From the NCBI RefSeq assembly GCF_030936135.1, contig NC_082594.1, positions 19,522,879-19,586,878 of the forward strand: DNA of 64,000 nt, read 5' to 3'. The translations under genes and the position numbers were made by a program. Source of the stretch: Gavia stellata. Its lineage: Eukaryota. Positions 27,166 through 38,696 of this stretch are shown piece after piece (the stretch's first letter is position 1; the number at the start of each line of letters is the position of its first letter). The notes under the pieces are model-generated. The model saw nothing but the letters and a program-made list of their open reading frames with translations, ran no database searches and was not told where the DNA came from.

Positions 27166-27349
27166 CGCAAGTATTAAGTATTCATCACCCAGTGAAATGG
27201 ACGGAACCCGGCTCCTGGCAGTTTGTGACGTGGCACTTGGATCGTGCTTAGATTTGTATGAACGAGATTACTCGTTAAATAATGCACCATCAGGTTATGA
27301 CAGTGTGCATGGAGTCCGTAAAACAGCAGACATCTCTTCAGACTTTGAG
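27166..27349 (+). CDS. PARP4: PARP4 exon 13 (catalytic; YDSVHGV)
   Basis: ORF 27197..27466. Acceptor ttacatgtag and donor GAG|GTACTG. Encodes ...DGTRLLAVCDVALGSCLDLYERDYSLNNAPSGYDSVHGV..., matching human DGTRLLLICDVALGKCMDLHEKDFSLTEAPPGYDSVHGV. Confidence 0.9.
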
Positions 27350-28114
27350 GTACTGATCCTGCAGTATTGGGCACCTGAAAAGGCATCAGATTTTGGATTT
27401 ATTATACCACTGATAGATAACAGAATGAATGTAACCTGCATTTCAGTTCAGACACTAAATCACTAGACAGTAATGTGTAAAATCGCTTTTGTCTGTCTTG
27501 CAGCCCGTAAAGTGCGTATAAAACTTCTAAGCCTCTAAATTACTATTTGTAAAGAATTCTTGCAAGAAAACAATACTTAAAAGAAAGGTGTAAATACTGT
27601 ATTTTATTATAACTGAAGCACCATATGAATATCTGGTCTGTGATATTTACATTGTTATTTGGAAGTGATATTCTAGTTTGCATGCAATAAGGAATCACTA
27701 CCATGGAATGTTCATGGTTTTGTAAATGAATCCAGCTAATAAAAATCCCTGTCTTTATAGGTTGGTACTCTAAGGCAGGGATGATAGCTGTAGTAGCACA
27801 GTAACAGATACAGTTACTCTCTAGATATCCACCAGTTTTTTACTTTTTTTTGTTCTTAGTTATTTTGAGGAATGATTGTGCTTTATGGAGAAGAGGAAAT
27901 AAAAGGAATGTGGAGAATACAAAGTGAGAAGATAAGAGGTGTAAGTGGTGGTGATATAGAGAGATTAGGGGAGTGAAAATAAAAGCTGTCAGATTCTTAC
28001 TGTTTTTCAAAAATGATATGTCATTTAGGTTCACTTCTTAATCAATTTGGATTGGTTTAGATATTATCTATAGCTTTGTTTTTATTGTAAAATACCTTTC
28101 TTTGTTTCTACCAG

Positions 28115-28277
28115 GATGATGAATTTGTTGTGTATAAACCCTGTCAGGTTAAAATTAGATATGTTGTTAAGTTCTGCCTTGCTGAAGATCAAATAAAACC
28201 ATTTCAGCCTGCAGTTGGCATGGAACTGGAGCAAGATAACAATGAGCCAGAGTCACAATGTCATTTACAGCATGAGA
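28115..28277 (+). CDS. PARP4: PARP4 exon 14 (catalytic C-terminus; DDEFVVYK)
   Basis: Acceptor ttctaccag and donor GAGA|GTAAGA. Matches human DDEFVVYKTNQVKMKYIIKF. Confidence 0.85.
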
Positions 28278-28820
28278 GTAAGAAATGTTTTCTGTTTGTA
28301 TATTGACTTGCTTCCAGAGTTTCCTCAATACTTGTCAGAACCCTTTTTAGAGTACTTGTATGAAGATAACATAATAAAAAATAATTTGTAGTTTATTTGC
28401 GGATGTTACTAAATTAGTGATTACCATGTGGCATCTGTGTAGCATCTGTTTAACAGATTTCCTATAGGCATAATGACCAACAGCAGTTGCAACTCCTCCT
28501 GTCACAGTGTGTTTCAAGAGAAGCACAGGAAGCACTTTTGCATAAATCATCAGATGGTTGTTAAATAATTCAAATGCAAGGTTCTAAACAAAGACTTTGT
28601 AAGACCTTAAAGAACTACCATGAACTCTTGATCCCTTAGACAGACAGCCTACAGCTCAGCAATACAACTCAAGTATTCATAACAGAAACTGAGTGTTACT
28701 TTTGTGTTGTGAATTGCATAAACAAACATGGGCCTTTGATGTAGAATTACTTTCAATCATCTTTCCCGAATGTATATTTCAAAAAATATCTTTTTAATCT
28801 TTTATAAACTCTTTGTTTAG

Positions 28821-28945
28821 GCTATGCATTACCAAATGCAAACCTTTCGAATCCTGTAAAAACTGGTCTTCAGGACAGATTGGGAAATCCTGTCCCTCTG
28901 GAAGGTGTTTATATCAAGGCAAGGATAATAGACTTTGTAGCACAG
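28821..28945 (+). CDS. PARP4: PARP4 exon 15
   Basis: Acceptor ctttgtttag and donor CAG|GTAGAG. Encodes ...GLQDRLGNPVPLEGVYIKARIIDFVAQ, matching human AGLQDASGNLVPLEDVHIKGRIIDTVAQ. Confidence 0.85.
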
Positions 28946-30721
28946 GTAGAGTATGCTATTTACTTCCTTTTCCATAACTCAGCCATGAAAAATTAATCTG
29001 TTTGTTAAATAGTGTTTTAGTCAAAATGCTATTTAGCGTTTAGTTAATTGCACATACACAAAAAAAAAAAAAGAAAAGGCAATTCAATCTCTAAATGAAG
29101 GAGAGTCCTGAAACTGAGTGGAAACTGAGATGTATAGTCAAACAAATGCCAAAAGCTCTCTGGACAGTGAAGGGCTGGGTTTTATTTTTAAGTTTGTTTT
29201 CTGCCTATGCATAATCATATTTTTAAGTTTGTTTTCTGCCTATGCATAATCAAGTCACCATTGTAGAGAAACTTTCTGCAGCAGTGTACGCGTCCTGTTC
29301 CCTTTAAAAGACCTTCTTGGCGACCTGTTTGCCAGCTGAATTATAAAACAGTCAGTGAGGAATAACTAGGGTGATTAACGGTTTATGGAAACGTATTTGC
29401 GTTTTATTTTTTACTTTGGTTAGACAACCTAAATTAGCTGTCACAAGTAAAATATCAATCAATACAGAAGAACTTGCTGAAAATTAGCTAATAAAAGTTA
29501 GCTAAGGAGGCTAAAATAAGGGCTCACCTTGTTTTTTAGTACATATGCCCTAAGAACACATTCTGTCAAGTCACAGGTCTTCTACAATCCTGGGGCATAA
29601 TTCCATAACCTCCTCCCCCTTCAACTGCATCCTGCCTGAAGCAGTCTCGAACATGCTAAAGGTGTGACTTTACTGAGTTCTGTCATATGTGTGTCTCTGC
29701 ACAAGAATCTGTATTCAGAGTTTCCAGTACCAAAGTAGCTTCGTGAAAGTAAATAATGTTTTTTATATGTTGTTGCTAAAGCCTTAAAGAAAGCAGGGGA
29801 AAACAGGAGAGAAAAGTGTTTGAAAGAATTGTCTGCAAGTGAGTCTGTGCTTAAACTATTCTGACACTCACAAATGTTGTCTGATCAGTCTGATTCCTTT
29901 GAACAACTGTTCTTCTCATGAGGGATTGTTGGGGGTGTTTTTTGTTTGTTTTTTGTTTTGTTTTGTGTTTTGTCTTGTTTCCTATGGAATGAATTACTAT
30001 CTAGCGGCATCTGTTCTATGACCCAGTCCATCAAAGCAGAAAACAGTCTATAAAGCTGAGGTACAGGGCATAAATCAGGAATGATCAGATGACAAGGGAC
30101 AATAAGAATGGCAGCAAAGGGGAATGAGGAATTGCTAGAGTTTTGTTATGACACATGGGAAGTAAACAGAAGAGCAGATGTGAGAAGAAAGTCAGATGCA
30201 ATCTGCCACCTCAGAGACAGAAATTCTGTCATTAGAAGATGGATACTATACACGTAGAAGTAACATAGGCTTTTCAAAACATCCCTTTTAGTGTATCGTA
30301 AAAATAGACTGATTTTTTTTTGTGGAGGTTTACTCTTCCTTCTTGTTTAGTCCTTACTGGCTTAAAACTATTACAGGCACATTGCAGTGGTGACTTCTTT
30401 TGCAGGCAATAGCTTGACAGCTCCAGCTCTGCCAGTATATCAGATAACCTTTAGCAGGTCATGGTTTACTCTTCTTCTGGAAGAGATTCAATTAATGATT
30501 TAAAGATTAAAAATTCTACAGCTCCTTGCATGTTTCTGGAGATATCTATTTGTGAAGCACAGATGAATGTTATACCTTCGTTTCTAAGGTACAAATTAAG
30601 TTCCAGTTGTGGCATGCCTATTGATGTTTTGTGGTGCAAAGCAGTTAAGCTGTTACACTTGAAGTATTGATGTTTTAATAGCATTTTAACATTACAGTTA
30701 CACAAAAAATATTAATTTCAG

Positions 30722-30853
30722 GTAGTAATGTTTCAGACCTACACCAATCAAACCACTAAACCAATTGAAGCTAAATATGTCTTTCCTTTGGATGATAAAG
30801 CTGCTGTTTGTGGATTTGAAGCTTTTATCAATGGAAAACACGTCATTGGAGAG
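30722..30853 (+). CDS. PARP4: PARP4 exon 16 (VIT domain)
   Basis: Acceptor attaatttcag and donor GAG|GTAAAA. Encodes VVMFQTYTNQTTKPIEAKYVFPLDDKAAVCGFEAFINGKHVIGE, nearly identical to the human VIT region. Confidence 0.9.
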
Positions 30854-31077
30854 GTAAAATGTTATTGTACTTTGCCTTTGACGTAGCTCCTTCAATCTCA
30901 AGATCTGAAAGCACTTAATTAATAATGAAGATATGCAACACTAATTTTGGTTTCTCTCATGTCCTTTGTTGTTACCGCTTGACTGGATTTCAAGGTAGTA
31001 ATGTCATTTAAGAGAATATCGGTTAAGTTTTCTGCCCATAGAGATGAAATGACTTATTTGGGAACAATCTTTCATAG

Positions 31078-31164
31078 GTTAAAGAAAAGAAACAAGCACA
31101 TAGGGAATATCGGAAAGCTATCAGTCAGGGTGATGGAGCTTATCTAATGGACCAGGATGCACCG
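31078..31164 (+). CDS. PARP4: PARP4 exon 17 (VIT)
   Basis: Acceptor tttcatag and donor CCG|GTATGT. Encodes VKEKKQAHREYRKAISQGDGAYLMDQDAP, matching human IKEKEEAQQEYLEAVTQGHGAYLMSQDAP. Confidence 0.9.
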
Positions 31165-31628
31165 GTATGTTGAACATCGTGGTTTAGTACCTACTTGAAA
31201 ATTTTGTTGTCCAATTACAGATCCTTTGCTGAATCATGTCTTTGTTGGGAAACTCCTTTTTAGTAGAACTTATTTGGACCATATGTTTGATCACTTTTAA
31301 AAACAACCATTGTTTATTTAAATATGTGCTATGGCTTACATAAAACAGCTATTTCTCTTTCAGGTGGTTTCCTTTTTTTTTTTTTGTGAAAGATTGATTT
31401 ATTCCGTTACTATTGATCAGTTTTTGCCAGAAATTAAGGAATTATTGAAAGTTTGACATTTCATATCATAGTCCCATTTTTTCTTACACTTCACCAAAAC
31501 CAAATAGTAGTTTCTGTGTTAGCATTTGGTTTCAGTGTGCCTAAACACTAATTAAATTACTGTTTTGGAAAACATAGGCTTTAATGATGTCATTAAAAGT
31601 AGTTTGTGGTTTTTGCTTTTTTTTTAAG

Positions 31629-31793
31629 GATATTTTTGTAATAAGTGTGGGAAACTTATCTCCAAATTCTACAGTTGTGATCAAAATCACCTATATCACT
31701 GAACTGAGTTTTCAGCATGGTTGTATCACCTTTCATATGCCTGCTTCAGTGTCACCATGGCAACAGGACAAAGCATTAAATGAAAACACACAG
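31629..31793 (+). CDS. PARP4: PARP4 exon 18 (VIT)
   Basis: ORF 31584..31802. Acceptor tttttttaag and donor CAG|GTTTGT. Encodes DIFVISVGNLSPNSTVVIKITYITELS...PWQQDKALNENTQ, matching human DVFTVSVGNLPPKAKVLIKITYITELS. Confidence 0.9.
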
Positions 31794-32647
31794 GTTTGTT
31801 AAAATACAATCTTAAAATAGCACCTTCTTGGTTTGAAGCAAAATTTCTGTGCCTAGGGGATTGTAGTTGCACAAGAGGCTTCGGTAAGTTTATGATTATT
31901 TTCCTTTTCATTTCTTGTCTTTTGTTAGAAGATAATTGTTTGTAACCATTCTTGTCATGAAGCAAAGAGAACACTAACTTAGGAATGCTGTGATTGGTAG
32001 AAAGTCTCTAACTATCTCTGAGGATGTATTTGCTCCTGTAGGACTTAGACAGTTGACTTGAGTTGGCACATGTTAGATCTCATATTTTGAGTTATCTGCT
32101 GTTTCTGTGCTGCTGTTCCTCCTTTGGCTTGCAAAGACGTTGTATTGTCTCCATCATGAAACAGCAGCTGAGCATCTGCTGAACACTCTGATATTACCCT
32201 TCTCTGCTTCAGGGACAAGGTTGCCCATCCGTTTCTTTGAATGCCTTTGATGTCTCCTGAATTCTCTAGGTGGGAGGGGAGGTTATCTCTGTGTTTAAGT
32301 GCTGGCAAAGAGCCAGAGATGGTCCTTATGGTCCTAGTCCCTGTGAGATCGTATAGCTGTATCGTATGTCTGACTGTTCAACAATCATGCCTTCTGCTTC
32401 AGAGCTGTATTATACTGAGTTCTGAAGTTCACTGTGTTCTTGGGAGAGAAACATGCACGCATTCATCTGAATTTTAGCTGCTATGACGCTCCAAAGCTAT
32501 ATGATTAAATGAAGTAAAGAGGATTCCATGCAATCCCAACTCAGTGATAGAATAAGAGAACGGAGCTCCAGGGCGATAAAAGTGTCAGGAATAACATACA
32601 AATATTTCATAACTGGTACAAGTAAAAAAATTTTTTTTTCTTCGTAG

Positions 32648-32694
32648 GATACAATAAAAAAGGTTTGTGTTAAACAAGTAAAACCACAGAAAAA
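32648..32694 (+). CDS. PARP4: PARP4 exon 19 (47-nt micro-exon, DTIKKVCVKQVKPQK)
   Basis: Acceptor tcttcgtag and donor AA|GTGAGT. Matches human DTVEKICIKEIGTKQ. Phase checked against the overlapping minus ORF. Confidence 0.8.
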
Positions 32695-34347
32695 GTGAGT
32701 TGCCTTCATTAATATTTTTATCTGCTTTATTTTATCAATAACTTAAATAATTAAGTTAAAACATTTAAATTTAACGTTTTTTCTATTTATATGGAATATT
32801 TGATGGTAAGTGACATTATCAAAAAACTAATTTAATTTCAACTTCCACTCTAATCTGTTGTTATCCTTAGATAGGTAATATCATAGGGGAATAACTTTTA
32901 ATTATTACACTCTTTTTTTTCTACAGTAAATCCTTCCTTTTGTTTCAGAAACATTTCTGTTCTTAAGGTTTATATATAAATTCCCAAGTCACAAAACTTA
33001 ATGAGACCATGATCTTAATTTCAATATCACTGCACTTAATATTTTAGCCTGTCTTTGCATTTACATATTAAATAAAAATTTACAGTCATCTGAAACTGTG
33101 ATAGTGGTAAAGTAAGACTTCTTGGAAACTAAGTGTTATAATTTTATTCCCAGTAACCTCTCTGTATATGGCCATTCTCAACCAGAATAACAAGCAATGC
33201 AGGTGGTAGTAGCAGTAAATGTGTCAAAACTTAATGCTATTCATATTTCCATATTAAAACCCATGAAAAGTGCTTTTTATGAGCATGTCCTAGTTTCTCC
33301 TCTGTTCTGTCTGCAAAGCAGGCACAAAGACACATCTGTTATAATTTTCTAAAGTTTTATTTAATCCTGAAATAGTGTTTCCTATTATTAACTTCCTTTT
33401 ATTCAGTACAATTACTACTGGTTAGTAGAAATATTATACTGATACTGATCAGCTAAAGATTTGATGCTATTTCTGCCATATATCAGGAATAAATTAACAA
33501 GTTCATACAGTACACATCCAGTTGTAGAAAAGGTACTTAAAATGATAATACAATTTAATTTTTAATCTTAAGGGAAAATTCAACTAGAAAATATGAATAA
33601 AAATTGGGAAACACTTAAGAATAGTTATTGTGTGAGGATAGAGATCAGGTATCTCTGTCTCATTCTTTCCAGCTTCAAGTTCTAGAGGGAGCAGCACAAA
33701 GACATTCAAGTTAGCTGCAAACTTATTAATATTATATTAAAAACATAATACATTTTTTCTGGCTGCAGACTGGTTCTCTCTGCAGATACTTCTGTATGCT
33801 ATCTTGAGACTTTTATGTATCTTGTATTGTATGATTGTACCTATCAAATTGCTTTTTAATGTCATTACCTAAATAAACTAAGAAGCAAAGACTGGAAATT
33901 AAAGCTGAATAAGAAAAAAAGATATGCATTTTAGCAGTGAGATCTGGAACAGTTAGCCAGAGAAAATAATGAACTTGCCTTCTCTGAAATCCAATTTAGC
34001 TGTCTGTTATGAAGCTTTGCTTTAGAAAATAAAACATTAGGTTAAATGAAGAGCTAATTGGCTAAAATGTTATGTAATGTGTTGTAGAAGAGATCATGTC
34101 AAATGGCCTCTTGATCCCTTGTAACCTTTCAAACTATGAATACCATAGTGAATCAGCATGGTTATTCTTTGGGTATCCTAGGGACAGAAACTTGTCTGTC
34201 TAGTTCAGTATTCTCCACTTTCATCCAAAGAGTTAAAAAGGACAGGAAACATAGCTCCTTCTCCTGGAGATGTCATGGCATGCAGATTAAACATCATCTT
34301 CCCTGGACTGCATTCAGTTTTGGTTTTTTTCTTTTCTCTTTATTTAG

Positions 34348-34429
34348 TGGATTTTCCGTGGATATGTCTATTGAGATGCCGTCTAGTATTGAACGCATAC
34401 ATAGTTGGACACATAAACTTAAAATAAAG
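34348..34429 (+). CDS. PARP4: PARP4 exon 20
   Basis: ORF 34136..34438. Acceptor ctttatttag and donor AAG|GTAAAT. Encodes GFSVDMSIEMPSSIE..., matching human SFSLTMSIEMPYVIE. Confidence 0.85.
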
Positions 34430-34619
34430 GTAAATTAATTTCACTGTAATTATGTCTCTGCCTTGGCAGTTCTGCTATGTATTTAAAATGGAACTTTTAT
34501 CCTAGAAAACGCTTGTGCCAGATCGGTCTGGCTTTGTTCACTGTTTGTTCTGCAAACAGCTTGGTCCTCTGTTTTGGGACTGCCCCTATTAAATCTGCCG
34601 TCATCATTCCTTGTTCTCA

Positions 34620-34745
34620 CAAAGTAAACAATATTCACTGTATTGTTATTATATAAATATTATTATATAAATATTTTATATTATATTCATATATTTTATA
34701 TTATATTTTTATATTTTATATTTATATTATTATATAAATATTTAA
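34620..34745. repeat. AT-rich minisatellite/low-complexity block (tatta/tatat units)
   Basis: Directly visible, and it ends ~20 nt upstream of the exon-21 acceptor. Confidence 0.8.
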
Positions 34746-34766
34746 ATGCCTGCTTTTCTTGTCTAG

Positions 34767-34904
34767 AAAACAGACTGCAAGGCTGTAATTAAGACTGTGG
34801 AGAACAGCTCCTTGGACATTAGTGGCTTTGTTCTAGATATCTGGATTTCTCAGGTCTACCTACCTCGAATGTGGGTAGAGAAGCATCCCAACAAAATGAG
34901 TGAG
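34767..34904 (+). CDS. PARP4: PARP4 exon 21
   Basis: Acceptor ttcttgtctag and donor GAG|GTACTG. Encodes KTDCKAVIKTVENSSLDISGF...YLPRMWVEKHPNKMSE, matching human RTDCKAVISTMEGSSLDSSGF...YLPRMWVEKHPEKESE. Confidence 0.9.
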
Positions 34905-36601
34905 GTACTGCATAACTTGTACTGTTCATGAGGTAATACTGAATATGCTAAAACATAATAAACAGGAACAGTTTAGTTTTGATGGGTAAAAGATGAAGAA
35001 AAATTTCACACCATGGACAGTGGTCAGTTTGATCTGTTTTATTAAGCTGAGTATTCTCCAGAAATTAGTTTTCTTTTCGGTTGCGTAGAATCTTGTTGCT
35101 TTTGTTTTATCCTTTGCCTTGGAAGAGAGTAAATGTTTCAACACAGTATCTAATAATTTCTGTTAAAACGCTTTTTTCTAATTGTTGTGCTGCTGTTTGT
35201 ATTTCATAGAAATGTGACTACAGTGTTTGATACATTTGCAGCAGTGGAAGTGAACAAATAAGTCATGGCTGAGGCTGGAACTAGGTAGCTTCAGAGTAAT
35301 GCAATCGCTATACTAATTAAAAATAAGTAAAATTTTAAACAATTAAATTTGTAGGGCTGTATTTACAACTTACACACAAATATTTATAGAATCAGTCAGT
35401 GTTTTATTTTAAGGCATCTGGCCTTCCTAGAAGATTTTGCATTCTGTTGTAGTTATTACTGCTGCCGTGATTATTCTCAAAGGCATTTGAACCTTTTCTT
35501 TTTCACTAATAAGTGAAAAAGACATAGCTAGCACTTCTAGCACTCTCGATCACCCAGAAACAGTATCCAGTTGTGGCTATGTCACAGAAGAGCTCATTAT
35601 CACCACTGGAAAACATTAATAAAAGGTTAGGTAGGAAAGGAAGGATCAGTTCAACCCCCTTTACCTTCACCCACAGTAACATCTTGCCCAAGAAATACAT
35701 TTAAAACTTAAAATATGTGATTCCAGGTTATTAGAAGCTGTTTCATTCTCCCGCATTTTTTATCAAGTCCCTGGCATTTTTAGTTATTTTCAGCTCCTTT
35801 TTAGGTATTTTTTTTTTCTTAAATAAGATAAAATGCTGCAGAGGTGAAATGTAAGGTCTTGGTGTTACCAATCTGTCAGTCCAATGTTGAAATTTATTAA
35901 AATAAGTAAAATGACAGATAAGATTGTTTTCTTTCTGACAATGATGTATTTTATTTTTCTTCCTTTTAATCACAGTTGCTTAGTTTAAATGTATTAGTTT
36001 AGGGATTTCTTTCTGATGACTGCAATAATACTGATATTCCCCCAAGGAACAGAGAAGGTAAGAGATTCCTGTTTGTGTTTCCAAACTGCAAACCTTTCCT
36101 TCCCTATTGGAAACACTTTCACTCCTTCAAGCATTTAATTTTTCCACTTTTGAAAGCCTATTTTTTTTTTTTTTATAGCATCTCTGTTCATAGCAAGGAC
36201 AGTATGCACTTCTGGTTTACGTATTTTTCCTAATTCTAGTACTTCTCACAAACTGATGGTGGCAGTGATGATTGTAAAAGATGATATCCATGATTTTTTA
36301 TTATTTTTTCTTAACTTGTATAAAAGAATCCAGTGCTGTTTGCAGAAGAGTGAATAAGATAGGAACACAAAACCACAAAATTCCTTTTTCAGTTTTTCAT
36401 GTGAGACCTGGGTTATAGGTAAAGGACAGGGAAGTTATACTTTTAAGGCATTAAGAGTAAATTACATATATTTGTTAAAACTTTGAAATATGGCTATATT
36501 CTGCTTTCATTCCATAATAAGAAAAATTAAGATGCTTGGGTACACTTCTAATGAAATAGTATTTGTCTACTGCTCTGATGATTTTGTTTCTCCCTCTATA
36601 G

Positions 36602-36797
36602 GCTTGCATGCTTGTATTCCAGCCAGAGTTTGAAACAGCATTTGAAGAAGAGCAGCTGTCCAGTGAAATTATTATTTTACTAGATTGTTCAAATTCTATG
36701 GCAGGTTCAGCTCTACACCAAGCAAAACAGATTGCTTTACGTGTTTTGGAAATATTTTGTTTCAGACAAAGAGTGAATGTAGTCAAATTTGGCACAA
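36602..36797 (+). CDS. PARP4: PARP4 exon 22 (vWA domain; MIDAS DCSNSM)
   Basis: ORF 36608..36826. Acceptor ccctctatag and donor ACAA|GTGAGT. Encodes ACMLVFQPEF...SEIIILLDCSNSMAGSALHQAKQIAL, matching human ACMLVFQPDL...SEVIICLDCSSSMEGVTFLQAKQIAL. Confidence 0.9.
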
Positions 36798-37035
36798 GTG
36801 AGTTTCCCTATTTCCTTTTTACCTGAAAGCCACCTTTTACCTTCTTGTCATGGCTTAATTTTATGCACATCATTATTATCAAACCAGCATAATACACTGA
36901 ACTGCAACCAGAAACATGTAGCAGTATGGAATATTTATACTCTGATATTCTAGTCATAAAACTTAAACTTGTGTTTCCATATTGTTGCTACATGTTTAAT
37001 ATTTCAGTGCTCTTAGTATCAATCTTTATTCATAG

Positions 37036-37103
37036 ATTTCGCAGAATTTTCTTTTGCAATGAACATCATGAATGATTCGGCATCACTGAAGGAGTTTATT
37101 ACA
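37036..37103 (+). CDS. PARP4: PARP4 exon 23 (vWA)
   Basis: Acceptor attcatag and donor ACA|GTAAGT. Phase 1 in, phase 0 out. Moderately similar to the human vWA segment. Confidence 0.7.
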
Positions 37104-38508
37104 GTAAGTAAATCAGTTTTGTTGTATTCTAAAGAACGCTTCTTTGTATAGGATGCTTATCATTGCAAAACTCTGTTATGCAACTTTTCCTCTTTCTTTC
37201 TTTTTATTTAGGCCAGCTTCTAAGATTTGTCTGTAATTTAGTCAGTGTTTCCCCCTAAATTTATCTTTGGGAGTCTCATACCTCTCATTGCCTACTCACA
37301 GAAGAAAGAGAGGAAATTATTGACTTCCTTCTGGAAATCTATAATTTGTAAGTGAAGGCAGCACTTATGCTAAAGGACTTTCAGTGAAAAGGAAAGTGCT
37401 TTTGGCACCAGAAGATCAGATGTAGATTACTTAGGACAACAGGTTTTGCTTAGTGCTATATCTTGTCAGCGCCAGAAGTAGGCTTCTCATATGTAACCAA
37501 AGCTCCTTGATGTTAGCATAATGCTAATACTAATATAATGGATGTCTTGAAAATGGGATGGTAAGATGCAAATGGTGATCAACGCAGAGTAACGCAAAGG
37601 GGAAAACAACATTAACTATACCTGTATAAAGTTGGGGTTTAACCCAGAAAAGAGATACTGGAGCCATTGTGAATCGTCCTTTTTAAATGGTAGCCCAGTG
37701 TTCAGCAGCAGTCAGAAAGGAGAAAGATGAACACTTATATAGCTGTATAAATCTGTATTGCTATGGCATCTTCAATACTGTATATGTTTCTGGTCACTCC
37801 ATCTCAAATTGAAGAGCTAGGGAGACAGAAAACAAAGATGGCCAGATACATGGAAGACCTGCTGTACAGGGAGAGGACTCGTCCTGATTTTTTTTAGCCT
37901 CTGTTGAATCCTTACACAGTCATCTCTTTTCCAGGATAAACAGAGGAAAAGGGGAATAGGGGTGGTTACTTGCTGTTTCTCACCTCTTAAGGATCATAGG
38001 ACACCCAGCAGAATGATCAATCAGCAGATTTAAAACAAAAACCAAACAGTCCTTTTCATGCATAATAAATAGCGGAACTTCTTCTCGTGCTTGATGTTGA
38101 GGCTAAACTGTAATTCAATTCAGAAAGTGGGTTAGGCAAATTAAAACTAAGAGCTGTAAATATCTTTTGGATGCAACAGTCTGGATGAAAACTCCAGTTC
38201 AAGAAGTCCCCCCAAACCCTGGTTACTGAAAGCTCTGAAAACAATGTAGGGGTAGAATTTACCATTTTTCTTATCTATTTTGCCTGTATCTTTTGCCTAA
38301 GCCAGAGAAGATACAGGACTAGATGGACCTTAAGCTCTATCTTTAATAGTAATTATAGAAGAACAGGAACAAATAAAACTTAAGAATTAATTATTTGTAT
38401 TTGAAAACCAGGAGTCATGTATAATGAAATAACATATAATGTATAATTTAATCTTTATTTTAGGGAAAAAATAAATTCAGACTAAAATTGTAATACTTTA
38501 CTTTTCAG

Positions 38509-38696
38509 TCTGCTACTGCAACATTGGGAAACACTGATTTATGGAAGACATTACGTTACTTAAGTCTGCTATTTCCTTCTCAAGGACACCGTAACATTCT
38601 TCTTATATCAGATGGACACATTCAGAATGAGAGTGTGACCTTTCAGATTGTGAAAGATAATGTCCAACATACAAGGTTATTTACATGTGGTGTTGG
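38509..38696 (+). CDS. PARP4: PARP4 exon 24 (vWA)
   Basis: Acceptor cttttcag and donor TGG|GTAAGT. Encodes SATATLGNTDLWKTLRYLSLLFPSQGHRNILLISDGHIQNES...HTRLFTCGVG, matching human SATPTMGNTDFWKTLRYLSLLYPARGSRNILLVSDGHLQDES...HTRLFACGIG. Confidence 0.9.
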
